Notes: generated by a model from the sequence alone, not told the origin. Numbered from the stretch's first letter, positions 40,701 to 50,172 are shown. The stretch is 64,000 nucleotides of DNA from Thermoplasmata archaeon (GCA_041489255.1 JBGPQV010000011.1:1-64000), one strand, 5' to 3'. Made by a program: numbers and translations.

Positions 40701-41087
40701 TCGATAGGCTTCGACGCCAGCCAATCGACTGATTCCGACGGATCCATTGATGTCTTCCGTTTTGAATTCGGCGACGGGGTCAACGAGAGCACGAGCTCGC
40801 TTTCGGCTTCTCACACTTACTACGAACCAGGCATCTACACCGTGACGCTGACAGTCGTGGATGATGACGGGAACACCAGTACTGCGAAAGTGACTGTGAG
40901 AATTCTCGCCGCTGAGCGCAACCTCCTCGCGGACATATGGTGGCTGATCGCCATCATTGTGATACTGGCGGCGAACGTGGTGTATTTCGCGCTTGAGTGG
41001 CGGCGATGGAGAGGGAAAGCCACGAAAATCGGACTTGACGAACCAGACGAACTGGAGCCTCCACAGAGCACAGAGAGGAATCGCTGA
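37722..41087 (+). CDS. Surface protein 1: five-bladed propeller in split CARDB, six K319-like PKD repeats, one PKD, TM anchor
   Basis: Five YxMWYxG...SxDG-W blades, ADAGxD repeats, C-terminal TM. Confidence 0.88.
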   Translation: MHGIRCAAFPVCLLLVLTAAASLIDSEVAGEPVLGVIDLHYSSPALEITPAREPLEGDFVRVTAHVELDGTQNWTKRGVVLDKGNPGDPDDTQVSAPFVMYTGGEYKMWYVGDPGSSPTSYIMFANSTDGVTWTKHGTVLSPSGLQEQGVHYPGVILDGSTYKMWYGGSDGTYYRIFYATSPDGLSWTRQGLALDLGPPGAMDDSSVFAPFVLREGSTYKMWYTGGDGSNNRVMYVESNDGINWGTRELNLDLGTPGSEESAHVQFPHILVEGGTYHLWYVGQLAARDRIFYATSADGKTWTRLGKVVDLGPPGSTDDGHLLMPRILHESGKPYQMWYAGKGTLQNIHHATFDLPITLPVSASVDFYLDMIGPGTNIGSSVVQVGALAPSNADMVWLATPAGGHVIYAVIDEANSVDETNESNNVASLAVRVVANSPPVADAGNDQSVFRNSMVVLDGSATYDPEGDPITYLWIQTAGLPMPMFGSNTSTPLVVTYLSGFYTFLLTAYDDRGGISTDITNVTVTNRPPTADAGPDISVAKRTLVILDGSGSSDPDSDFLSYDWVQTGGSPVTLHGSNTPNPTFMPATAGLRTFRLTVDDGDLGVASDSVQVNVTNLEPIASAGSDMTVRKNTPVTLDGTGSNDPDGDILSYFWTQTGGPGVTLSRPNSETATFTPSVAAIYTFSLSVSDGNGETDSDSVQVNATNSGPVANAGMDFTARKRSPTILDGTGSYDPDGDAITFLWTQMGGPPVIPMGMDTATPTFTPLRAGLYEFRLNVTDADGVTGSDQVGVSVTNSLPRAYAGLDFTAKKKTIVTLDGGGSSDPDLEALTYAWSQNGGLSVIIVDADNAVATFTPLMSGNYLFELTVADGDGGISVDSVQVTVINADPLAEAGPDLICGKGTLVSLDGTSSFDSDGDVLSFVWTQTSGPTVSLAGMDTDSPSFTPASVGTYKFRLAVDDGDGGTDTDTVFVVVYGMAPTARLTASVPMAQAGSSIGFDASQSTDSDGSIDVFRFEFGDGVNESTSSLSASHTYYEPGIYTVTLTVVDDDGNTSTAKVTVRILAAERNLLADIWWLIAIIVILAANVVYFALEWRRWRGKATKIGLDEPDELEPPQSTERNR

Positions 41088-41173
41088 CTTGATCAGTTCC
41101 TGCCCCAACCCATACGCCTGCCCACAAGTGATAAATAGGCCGGCCAGCAATGTTGATTCAGGGAGGTTGGGAT

Positions 41174-44100
41174 ATGATGAAGGAATGCATTGGTGGTTTG
41201 ATTGCGCTGTTGCTTCTCTCCGTGTCCTTCTCGCCTGGCTTGCCGAATCTTACCTCGCTGCCGCAGCCAATCGTCAAGGACATAGACCTGCACTATGCAC
41301 CTCCAACGTTGACGACTGATCCGCCTGGTAATCCCTACTTCAGGGACTCCGTCACGTTGCGTGCAACGCTTTCACTGGAGGCGAAGCAGACCTGGACGAA
41401 ATATGGTGTGGTTCTTGACAAGGGTGCGCCCGGCGATAATGATAGCAGGGAGGTAAGCACGCCTTCGCTGCTGTACGACCAGGGCATCTACAAGATGTGG
41501 TATTCAGGCAACGATGGCGGTGAAGGATCCTGGATACTCTACGCCACATCGCCAGACGGGATCTCATGGACCAGGCACGGCACCGTACTAGGTCCTGGGG
41601 GTGCTGGCGAAGATCGCAAATTGGTGTACCAATTCGTCATGAAGGACGGCGCGATGTTCAAGATGTGGTACAGCGGCTTCGATGGCAGCAACTACAGAAT
41701 ATTCCACGCAACATCGCCTGACGGGATTGCATGGACGAAGAAAGGGCTGGTTCTGGACCTTGGCCCTGCTGGGTCACAGGAAGACTTCTATGTCTACGAT
41801 CCTTACATTCTGAAGGAAGGTAGCACTTACAGGATGTGGTACACGGGAAGAGACGTGAACCACTGCAGGATTTTCTACACCGAATCATCTGATGGTGTGA
41901 ACTGGGGGCAACGCAGCGTCTCCCTGAATCTGGGGAGCCCTGGCTCGGAAGACGACGCGCACGTCCAGAGTCCATCCATCCTCCGTGAAGGCGGCGGGTA
42001 CCACATGTGGTACGCCGGGCAGCACGTCGGGGTAGACCGCATTTTCTACGCGGTGTCCATCGACGGCAAGACATGGACCGGAATGGGCAAAGTGCTGGAC
42101 GTTGGGCCTGCGGGCGGGACGGAGGACATGAATGTGAATTTCCAGGACGTCCTGCACTTAACCAGCAAACCCAGCCAAATGTGGTATGCGGGCAGAGGTG
42201 GATTCGGGAACCTGAAGATACACTACGCAACTCTTGTACCATACCCGCTTCCCACCAATGTCACCGTGGGATTCTACCTCGACACGGTGGTCCCGAGCTC
42301 ATTGATTGGGCTAGATACTGTCACTCTAGACTACTACTCGTCCGCGCAGGCGGAAGTGCAATGGAAAGCTGGACCCCGCGGGACGCACACGATATGCGCG
42401 GTGATCGATCCGTACAATAGCATCACTGAGATGAACGAAACGAACAACATGGCCTGCATCAATCGGGTTGTTCTGAACCATCCGCCAATCGCCGAGGCTG
42501 ACGGCCCTTACTCCGCGTTCGAAGGGGGGCAGGTCATCCTTGATGGAAGCGGATCATACGACATCGACAACGACACCCTGCTGTATCGATGGGACTTCAC
42601 GAACGACGGAGTCATGGACACACCCTGGCGCTCTAATCCGAAGTATCCTCACGTCTACGGGGACGATTTCGTCGGTCAGGTCGCTCTGTACGTGAACGAC
42701 AGCTTCGATGTCAGCATGGACACAGCGAACGTGACTATCTCGAACGTTCTGCCCTCGGGCACGGTCACAATCACATCCGCACAGCACGAAGGCAGTCCGA
42801 TAGCGTTCTCTGCTCACGTGACTGACCCGGGCAGCGACGACATCTTCTTCACGTGGCACTGGGGATTCGGAGCACCAGACGATCACTCCACCTACTACAA
42901 CAACGGAGTCAGCCCTGACCCGTACCCGAGCACGGACGTCAACCCGAGGGACGTCACCGACGTTAAGAGTCACATCTACGGCGATAATGGAGCTTTCACT
43001 GTCACCGTCTTTATTCAGGACGACGACAGCGGGAGCCAGGGTACGACACTCACCATCACCGCCACTCCTGACAACCTCCCGCCATCGATCTCAGTCTCCG
43101 GCGGTATGAACATCAACGAAGGCCAGTCAGTCTCCCTGACCGCCACCGCCACCGATCCTGGAAGCGACGACCTGAAGTTCGACTGGTCCTGGGGAGAGGG
43201 TTCGTCGGACTCAAAGACCTACTACAACGACGGTGTCGGACCGGACCCGCCAGACAGCCCTGGCGGCACGTTCCCGTTCACAGCCACGGACACGAGGACC
43301 CATCCCTACGGCGACAATGGACTGTACACGCTCACATTGGCGGTGAATGACGACGATGGCGGTTCGACGACATGGTCCGGTCAGGTCGCGGTTGCCAACC
43401 TCCCGCCGACGATCATTCCGTTCGGACCATTCGCAGTCGACGAGGGCAGTCCATTGGCGGCGAACACGACCGCCAACGACCCGGGGAGCGACGACTTGAC
43501 TTTTGAGTGGTCTTTCGAGCTCGGTCCGGTCATGGTGAACATCCACTTTAACGACGGAGTCGGTCCAGACCCGCCACAGAGCCCGGACGGGACATATCCG
43601 TTCACGGCTCTCGACGGCGTCGAGCACACTTACGGGGATAACGCTGTCTTCACGATCACGCTGACTGTGACCGACGACGATGGCGGTTCCGCCACCTACA
43701 CGACCAATATCACCGTCTCCAACCTCCCGCCATCGATCGCACCGTTCGGCCCCTTTGAACTGAACGAGGCTGATCCGCTCACGGTCGCTGCGAACGCCGT
43801 TGATCCGGGCAGCGACGACCTGACGTTCACCTGGAGCTTTGAGTATGGTCCGACAATCCCGCACATCTTCTACAACGATGGGGTCGGACCGGATCCTCCG
43901 AAGAGCCCCGACGGGGTCTTCCCCTTCAGCATCGACGATTCCGCCTCTCAAACATACGGAGACAACGGGGTCTTCAGAATCGCGCTGACCGCCGAGGACG
44001 ACGACGGCGGCATCGCCGCGTACGAGACCGTGGTCACCGTGCACAACGTCCCGCCGACGATTGTCGAGGCGAATGTGTTCATGCTCGCAGACATCTCGAT

Positions 44101-44713
44101 AAGAGTGGCGGGGGAGAAGTGGCATGACGTCATCCTCAAGCTCTACGAGGACGGACGGGAGGTCGGCTGGGCGCAGGTCATCAGGTACCCCGGCAGCCCG
44201 AACGGCCAGATGGCCACCCTACACGACGTCGAGATAACGCTCGACAGGACCTTCTCCGCGGTCGCGTACTACACGCCCGACGACGATCCGATCAACGGGC
44301 AGCCCAACGGGGCGAACCCCGCCTGGCTCATCATCAGCTGGGAGAGCGGCATGGAGACGAAGCTGCACCACACCTTCAACGTCCAGCACCCTGACACATG
44401 GGTCTGGACTGTGGACAACCTCTACATCTACGCGGTCAACCAGAGGATACACTTCAGGGCGACCGCAACGGATCCCGGGAGCGACGACCTGACGTTCACC
44501 TGGGACACCGGTGACGGGAGGACAATGACTGGCGTTTACTACAACAACGGGGTCAGCCCGGATCCGTACCCGAGCCCCGAGGTGAAGCCGATCATCGCCA
44601 CCGACGAGCAGGTCGTGGTCTATGCCATCACAGGAACGTACACGATTGCCGTGACGGTCACGGATGATGATGGAGGAATGGCGTCCATCTCATTCACAAT
44701 CTCAGTGGGCTAG
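41174..44713 (+). CDS. Surface protein 2: five-bladed propeller in split CARDB plus PKD-like DPGSDD repeats, no TM anchor
   Basis: Same head as protein 1; five DPGSDD...NxGVxPDP repeats; ends FTISVG. Confidence 0.88.
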   Translation: MMKECIGGLIALLLLSVSFSPGLPNLTSLPQPIVKDIDLHYAPPTLTTDPPGNPYFRDSVTLRATLSLEAKQTWTKYGVVLDKGAPGDNDSREVSTPSLLYDQGIYKMWYSGNDGGEGSWILYATSPDGISWTRHGTVLGPGGAGEDRKLVYQFVMKDGAMFKMWYSGFDGSNYRIFHATSPDGIAWTKKGLVLDLGPAGSQEDFYVYDPYILKEGSTYRMWYTGRDVNHCRIFYTESSDGVNWGQRSVSLNLGSPGSEDDAHVQSPSILREGGGYHMWYAGQHVGVDRIFYAVSIDGKTWTGMGKVLDVGPAGGTEDMNVNFQDVLHLTSKPSQMWYAGRGGFGNLKIHYATLVPYPLPTNVTVGFYLDTVVPSSLIGLDTVTLDYYSSAQAEVQWKAGPRGTHTICAVIDPYNSITEMNETNNMACINRVVLNHPPIAEADGPYSAFEGGQVILDGSGSYDIDNDTLLYRWDFTNDGVMDTPWRSNPKYPHVYGDDFVGQVALYVNDSFDVSMDTANVTISNVLPSGTVTITSAQHEGSPIAFSAHVTDPGSDDIFFTWHWGFGAPDDHSTYYNNGVSPDPYPSTDVNPRDVTDVKSHIYGDNGAFTVTVFIQDDDSGSQGTTLTITATPDNLPPSISVSGGMNINEGQSVSLTATATDPGSDDLKFDWSWGEGSSDSKTYYNDGVGPDPPDSPGGTFPFTATDTRTHPYGDNGLYTLTLAVNDDDGGSTTWSGQVAVANLPPTIIPFGPFAVDEGSPLAANTTANDPGSDDLTFEWSFELGPVMVNIHFNDGVGPDPPQSPDGTYPFTALDGVEHTYGDNAVFTITLTVTDDDGGSATYTTNITVSNLPPSIAPFGPFELNEADPLTVAANAVDPGSDDLTFTWSFEYGPTIPHIFYNDGVGPDPPKSPDGVFPFSIDDSASQTYGDNGVFRIALTAEDDDGGIAAYETVVTVHNVPPTIVEANVFMLADISIRVAGEKWHDVILKLYEDGREVGWAQVIRYPGSPNGQMATLHDVEITLDRTFSAVAYYTPDDDPINGQPNGANPAWLIISWESGMETKLHHTFNVQHPDTWVWTVDNLYIYAVNQRIHFRATATDPGSDDLTFTWDTGDGRTMTGVYYNNGVSPDPYPSPEVKPIIATDEQVVVYAITGTYTIAVTVTDDDGGMASISFTISVG

Positions 44714-44837
44714 CCACGTCGGCCGCGTCATGATGCCTTACGCTACGCACCTTTCTGCCAGAATCGGGCATGCCCCAAACATGCAAGGGCGACGCCCTTA
44801 TATCGGGAATCGGGAATATCCTCACGCGGAGGAGGCA

Positions 44838-47800
44838 ATGTTCAAGGAAGGTCGGCGTCTGATATCTGTGTCATTCATTCTTGCCACGTTGCTAGTTTCA
44901 ACTGTTGCTGTCACAGCAATCGAGCCAGAGCCGATAGTGAGCCTCGCTGACCTGCACTTCGCCGCCCCGGGTCTCGAACTGCTGCCCGCAGGGAGCCCGG
45001 TCGAGGGCGACACGGTACGGATCGTGGGTCACGTCCAAGCGAGCGGAACGCAGGCCTGGACGAAGGCGGGTGTGGTGCTGGACAGAGGTTCTCCTGGCGA
45101 ACCCGACAGTCACGAGCTCGGCGCCCCTTCGGTGATCTACGATGGCGGCGAGCATAAGATGTGGTATGCAGGGACCACAGGCAGCATGACCGGGTCGATA
45201 CTGTATGCTACTTCGCCCGATGGGGCGTCCTGGACGAAGCACGGAGCTGTGCTCGCCCCAGGTTCTTCTCCTGAAAACGTCAATGTCCACTATCCTTGCG
45301 TGATGAAAGATGGCGTGACGTACAAGATGTGGTACAGCGGATTCGACGGCTCTCACTACAGGATATTCTACGCGACCTCGGCCGACGGGCTGACCTGGAG
45401 CCGTCAGGGACTCGTCCTCAACCTTGGGCCTCCTGGTTCCTACGACGACAATTTCGCGTACGGACCCTTCGTGCTCAAGGAAGGAAGCGCCTACAGAATG
45501 TGGTATTCTGGGAGTGACGGTGCCAATGTCCGCCTCCTCTATGCCACATCTCCCGATGGACGGGGCTGGACGAAGCAGGGCGTCAACCTGAACCTCGGTC
45601 CTCCAGGCTCACTCGAGAACGTGCACGTCTCGCCGAGCTACATCCTCGTGGAGGGCGGCGGATACCACATGTGGTACCGGGGAAGCGATGGCACCAACGA
45701 CAGGATATTCTACGCGACTTCATCTGATGGTCTCTCTTGGAGGCGGCGGGGAGTGGTTGTCGATGTCGGGCCGCCCGGCAGCACCGACGCTGTTCACATT
45801 CTGCTCCAATCCGTCCTCCACCTGCCAGGCATGCCCTACCAGATTTGGTACACAGGCCGAGGTCAGTCCACCATGTACGATAGGATTCACTACGCCTACA
45901 TGACGTCGGTGCCGATGCCCGTGTCCGCCGAGGTCGAGTTTTACCTGGACGCAATCTCGCCCGGGAACAGCATGGGAGTGACCATAGCTCAGATCGGGAT
46001 ACTGCACGACTCCACGGCTACGCTGAACTGGATTGCGGGACCACCCGGCTGGCACACGATATACGCGGTCATAGATCCGCTCGGCGGTATTCCCGAGACG
46101 GACGAGGGCAACAACACCGCCAGCGTCGATGTCTTCGTCAGGGCGCCCTTGCCGGACTATATACCGGCACAGCCTCGGCCCGTGTCGCCAGTGAAGACCG
46201 GGCTGACCCTGCCGCTCCAGCTGTCTCTCCAGGTCGCGAACATCGGCGGCGTAAACGTGACAGCCGACGCCACACTCGCGATCTGCGACGAGTCAGGGAC
46301 TCCATTCGCCTCCTTCACGATTCCGTCCTTGGACTCGGGCAAGGTCTCGGCGCGGTTCACCGCCGCGTGGACATCTCCCGCAGTCCCCGGGACTCATCTT
46401 GTGTCCGCGGACGTGGACTACTACGACAACGTTGCCGAGTGGGACGAGACGAACAATGTGTACACGTGGACGATTGATGTGGTGGCTGGTCCGGTCACCT
46501 CGCTGTCCGTTGGAAGTCCAAGCCACGTCTCTCCCGCCTTGGTGATGTACGTCAAGTCCTCCACCCCCCTCGACCTCTCCGTCCTCGACCAGGGCGGGTC
46601 TGGCATCAACCACACATGGTACAGGACAGACAATCTCACTTGGATAGACTACTCCGCTCCGTTCTTCCTCTCCGGGGAGGGAGACCACTATGTCGAGTGG
46701 TACTCCGAGGATAACGTCGGGAACGTCGAGAATGTCTCGCGGCGGGTGCTGAGGGTCGACGACACTCCTCCCGCCACGGCCCTCTCAATAGGCGAGCCCA
46801 AGTACACGCTCGGCGGGAACTTCGTCACGTCCTTCACTCCTCTCGCGCTTCATGCCGACGACGGCGGCGTCATGCCCGTCGGGACCGACTACACGGAGTA
46901 CAGGGTGGAAGGCGGGAACTGGAACACGTACTCGTCGCCGCTCTTCCTGACGACAGAGGGAATTCACACACTGGAGTTCCACTCCTACGATCTGCTCGCC
47001 AACCCTGAGCCCGTCCACTCGATCCAGGTAGTCGTGGACGACACGCCGCCGACGACGATGGTCGGCGTGGGAGAGCCGGAGTACCAGGCGGCTGACCTCT
47101 ACGTCACCTCGTCGACCGGCATCAACCTGACATCAACGGACGGCGGCGCCATCCCGGTCGGGCTCGGCAGGACAGAGTACCGGGTGGATGGTGGTGGGTG
47201 GTTCATCTACGCTCACGACATCACGCTCTCCGGAGCGGACGGCCCTCGCACGATCCAATACAGGTCCGTGGACCTGCTCGGGAACATCGAGATCGTCAGG
47301 AGCATTCGCGTCGTCCTGGACAATACGCCTCCGACAACGACAATCTCCCCTGCAGCCGGGCCGTTCGCAGCGGACATGTGGTTCAACCTCACCACCACGG
47401 ATTCCGGCTGCGGCGTCGCGGCCATGGAGTACAAGATAGACTCAGAGCAGTGGAGATTCTATGAAGGCAATTTCACGGTGCAAACCGGACTCCATACGAT
47501 CTGGTTCAAATCCACGGACAACCTTGGCAACAGGGAGACGCCGAAGAGCCTCGAGGTGGATATTGAGGCTGAACGCCCGCCGGACATCGCAGTGGGCACG
47601 AACTACAAGCCCATGGTCGCGACCGTGTTCACAGTCGCCCTCCTGGTTGCGGGATTCTGGTCATCGAGGGGGAGACCTTGGAAGAACCGAAAGGACAGGG
47701 TGGCAATGCTCCAAGCATTCTGTGCCTATTCTCTGCCATTCGCGACGGCCGAGACCGTGACCGGGCTGCTGTCTCTGGCGACCGGGGTCCTCTCAATCCC

Positions 47801-47930
47801 ACCCGTGCTCGGACTCGGAACCGCGGTGGACGTGAGCATCCTGTCGATTGGATTTGCCGTGGCCATGCTAAACGTGGCTGGTAGGAAGCAGAAGGGGCCT
47901 CCCCCGGGGTCGCAGGACAGCATTGGTTAG
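44838..47930 (+). CDS. Surface protein 3: five-bladed propeller in split CARDB, second CARDB, four OmpL47-like Ig repeats, C-terminal TMs
   Basis: Same head; DxTPP...DxxGNxE repeats; GGAGG RBS before ATG 44838. Confidence 0.88.
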   Translation: MFKEGRRLISVSFILATLLVSTVAVTAIEPEPIVSLADLHFAAPGLELLPAGSPVEGDTVRIVGHVQASGTQAWTKAGVVLDRGSPGEPDSHELGAPSVIYDGGEHKMWYAGTTGSMTGSILYATSPDGASWTKHGAVLAPGSSPENVNVHYPCVMKDGVTYKMWYSGFDGSHYRIFYATSADGLTWSRQGLVLNLGPPGSYDDNFAYGPFVLKEGSAYRMWYSGSDGANVRLLYATSPDGRGWTKQGVNLNLGPPGSLENVHVSPSYILVEGGGYHMWYRGSDGTNDRIFYATSSDGLSWRRRGVVVDVGPPGSTDAVHILLQSVLHLPGMPYQIWYTGRGQSTMYDRIHYAYMTSVPMPVSAEVEFYLDAISPGNSMGVTIAQIGILHDSTATLNWIAGPPGWHTIYAVIDPLGGIPETDEGNNTASVDVFVRAPLPDYIPAQPRPVSPVKTGLTLPLQLSLQVANIGGVNVTADATLAICDESGTPFASFTIPSLDSGKVSARFTAAWTSPAVPGTHLVSADVDYYDNVAEWDETNNVYTWTIDVVAGPVTSLSVGSPSHVSPALVMYVKSSTPLDLSVLDQGGSGINHTWYRTDNLTWIDYSAPFFLSGEGDHYVEWYSEDNVGNVENVSRRVLRVDDTPPATALSIGEPKYTLGGNFVTSFTPLALHADDGGVMPVGTDYTEYRVEGGNWNTYSSPLFLTTEGIHTLEFHSYDLLANPEPVHSIQVVVDDTPPTTMVGVGEPEYQAADLYVTSSTGINLTSTDGGAIPVGLGRTEYRVDGGGWFIYAHDITLSGADGPRTIQYRSVDLLGNIEIVRSIRVVLDNTPPTTTISPAAGPFAADMWFNLTTTDSGCGVAAMEYKIDSEQWRFYEGNFTVQTGLHTIWFKSTDNLGNRETPKSLEVDIEAERPPDIAVGTNYKPMVATVFTVALLVAGFWSSRGRPWKNRKDRVAMLQAFCAYSLPFATAETVTGLLSLATGVLSIPPVLGLGTAVDVSILSIGFAVAMLNVAGRKQKGPPPGSQDSIG

Positions 47931-48289
47931 ATGTTGGATGCGACTGCCGGACGATAGCTGGAAACATACCCGGGACGCTGTCCTATCAGCCAGCGCCTGA
48001 CGTTGCGGCTAGGGGGCAAGAGGAACAGGATTCATCTGAAGAACGAAGCACCGGCAGGTCGACCGCGCCTGCGAAGCTTGACCGGGCTGCCGGTGTGCAC
48101 CACATGAGGGGTTTCGAGTTGACGCGGACTTCCCGCGATGCAGCAATCGCCTTGGACGATTCTTCAACACGATCCGTGACTGAATCAGCGGGTATCTGGA
48201 TGGACTGCTGGTCTCGCGACGGTAACCCCGGGGGAGGCGATGACAGAAACACCTGAGAGTCAAGAGGAGGAAAAAGCATGAAGAGAAAT

Positions 48290-48381
48290 TCCCCGTCACC
48301 GAAAAACCGCCTCGACTCCGCCTCGTTCAGCAGGTGCTGCCCCAGGAGTCCGCTCGCCCCGATGATGAGAAACTCGGTCAT
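48290..48381 (-). pseudogene. 5' fragment of the rmlD-like gene
   Basis: MTEFLIIGASGLLGQHLLNEAESRR matches the start of 50173-51048 (MTEVLIIGASGLLGQHLLNEAEARR), then homology stops. Confidence 0.85.
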
Positions 48382-48481
48382 GCGCGATGTCGCCCCGGGA
48401 TCAGACCGACCTTCATTCTCCTGATGGTTGTCGGGTGCACGACAACCCACTTCCTTGATTGTTCCCTTCCCGCAGGATCGC

Positions 48482-49514
48482 TGTACAATCCTGTAATTAG
48501 TTTCCTGGAGGCGAAGGGAGTCATGCTGTCCGCTCCTTTAGTCTTTTCAGGTAGGCTTTCCTATCCTTAGGACGCAGCTTCCTCACGAACGCGTGCGCAG
48601 GCGTCTCGGCGTGCTCGAAGTCCAGCGACTCGTGGGGCTTCACCTCGTTGTACCATCTCATGATTTCGTCCAGGCTACGGAACTCCTTCTTCCCGTCCGG
48701 CCACCTGGCGCGCAGCTTCGACTTGATAGTCCCGAAGAGTCTCTCCACCTTCCCGCCGGTCTGAGGATGCTTGACCCTGGAGCGGATGTGCTGCACCTCT
48801 ATCCCCCGCTCTTCCTCCAGCTCCCTCAGCTTCGCGTCGAAGTAGCCCTCGGCTTCATACTGAATCTTGGTGAATTGAGATCCGTGGTCTGTCAGGATCT
48901 GGCGGGGGAAGCCGTACCTCTCTCCCGCCGTCAGGAACGTCTGCCAGGCCATCTGTGCAGACGCACTCCTCGTCCTGGCGTAGCCCATGATCAGGCGGGA
49001 GGCGTCGTCCAGGATGACGAGCAGCCAGTCCCCCGGCCTCAGCAGGGTGTAGTCCATCTGCCATAGGGAGTTGGAGAAACGTCTCTCGAACCTGACCCAC
49101 GACCTCCTCCTCTGCCTGGCGGGGGGGTCCTTCACGCGACCCGCCTCCTTGAGCACCACATAAAGGCGGTTGTGCGGTATGTGGCGGTTGTACGCCTCCA
49201 TGATCTTGCGCTCCAGGGCGACTGGGTGGAGGTGAAACTCCCTCTCGCACTCGAGTATGAAGGCGATCTCCTCATCTGGCAGCTCCCTCCTCGGTCGACC
49301 GGCTTCCTTGAGCACCGGGATCTCTCTGCCGTATCCCGACCTCCTCCACAGCTCCCTCGCCCACTGAGGAGTGATGTTCCACTTCTTGGCGATCGAGTAC
49401 ACAGACTTGACCCCGCCTTCCATTGCGTCTATGATTCGTGCAACCTGCCCCCGCGTCAGCTTAGGCATGGGGGGTATTGCGGTCTCTCCAAGAAAGTGAT
49501 TATGGGATTTGACA
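48482..49514 (-). mobile_element. IS481-family insertion sequence (1033 bp) with 16-bp target site duplication
   Basis: TGT...ACA ends; imperfect 29-bp TIR (22/29); direct repeat CTTCCCGCAGGATCGC at 48466-48481 and 49515-49530. Confidence 0.92.
48521..49468 (-). CDS. IS481-family DDE transposase
   Basis: WQMDYT, LDDASR, TDHGSQF and PQTGGKVERLFGT rve core. Confidence 0.93.
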   Translation of the reverse strand: MPKLTRGQVARIIDAMEGGVKSVYSIAKKWNITPQWARELWRRSGYGREIPVLKEAGRPRRELPDEEIAFILECEREFHLHPVALERKIMEAYNRHIPHNRLYVVLKEAGRVKDPPARQRRRSWVRFERRFSNSLWQMDYTLLRPGDWLLVILDDASRLIMGYARTRSASAQMAWQTFLTAGERYGFPRQILTDHGSQFTKIQYEAEGYFDAKLRELEEERGIEVQHIRSRVKHPQTGGKVERLFGTIKSKLRARWPDGKKEFRSLDEIMRWYNEVKPHESLDFEHAETPAHAFVRKLRPKDRKAYLKRLKERTA

Positions 49515-49575
49515 CTTCCCGCAGGATCGCCGCGCTCCGATCTGCTTGAGGCGCTATCGCAGTATGACGTTCCTG

Positions 49576-50070
49576 CTAGTCCATGACCCACTTTTCCAGG
49601 CCCTCGACGGTCTTCCTGAGGTCAGGCCGTTCCGCAAGGGACTTGGCGATCCACTTCTCCATGAACTCTATGTCTTTCTGGATTGCGCTGTCCGTCTTTG
49701 CGAGTTCCTTCATGATTGACACGCTGGTGCGCTTCCACTGCACGATTTCCTTCGGCTGCATCCGTTCAACCGAGTACGGGTTGCGCTCGACCGCAACGTC
49801 GGTCTGCTCTCTCCAGAGCTTCAGGTATCTGTCGTAGATGAACCCCATGAGCAGTATCGCGGCAACAATGATGAAGAACAGATATATCGTTCCGATGAGA
49901 TTGTTCGTCTGGTTGTCCACTTCTGAAACAAGTCCCAATCTGATGAAGAAGGCCCTGAAATAGTTGTAGTAGAAGACTCCGGCGAGAGTCAGCGCCCAGA
50001 ACACCAGGCTTATCAGGACTTGACTCTGCTGTATCCGCCATATCTGGACCATCAGGTATTTCTTGACCAA
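49576..50070 (-). CDS. Hypothetical two-TM membrane protein (intact copy)
   Basis: 164-aa ORF with two TM helices; paralog at 34121-34602. Confidence 0.8.
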   Translation of the reverse strand: MVKKYLMVQIWRIQQSQVLISLVFWALTLAGVFYYNYFRAFFIRLGLVSEVDNQTNNLIGTIYLFFIIVAAILLMGFIYDRYLKLWREQTDVAVERNPYSVERMQPKEIVQWKRTSVSIMKELAKTDSAIQKDIEFMEKWIAKSLAERPDLRKTVEGLEKWVMD

Positions 50071-50103
50071 GTAGACCGCCTCGCCCCCGCGAAGATGAAG
50101 CGG

Positions 50104-50128
50104 GATATTAGTATGTGTCGTCCGCGAG
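50104..50128 (-). promoter_or_regulatory. Conserved 25-bp upstream element, copy B
   Basis: GATATTAGTATGTGTCGTCCGCGAG; matches 34636-34660. Confidence 0.6.
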
Positions 50129-50172
50129 CGGATATGAGTCGGCGCGAATTAAGCGTCTGCATGCTCCATTGA

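Noticed and set aside
37722-47930. Diversity-generating retroelement acting on the adhesins
   Set aside because: No reverse transcriptase and no TR/VR pair differing only at adenines
47940-48290. Possible ncRNA or transposase remnant (one frame reads NRLGRFFNTIRD)
   Set aside because: Too short and degenerate; no SRP, RNase P or riboswitch hallmarks recognised
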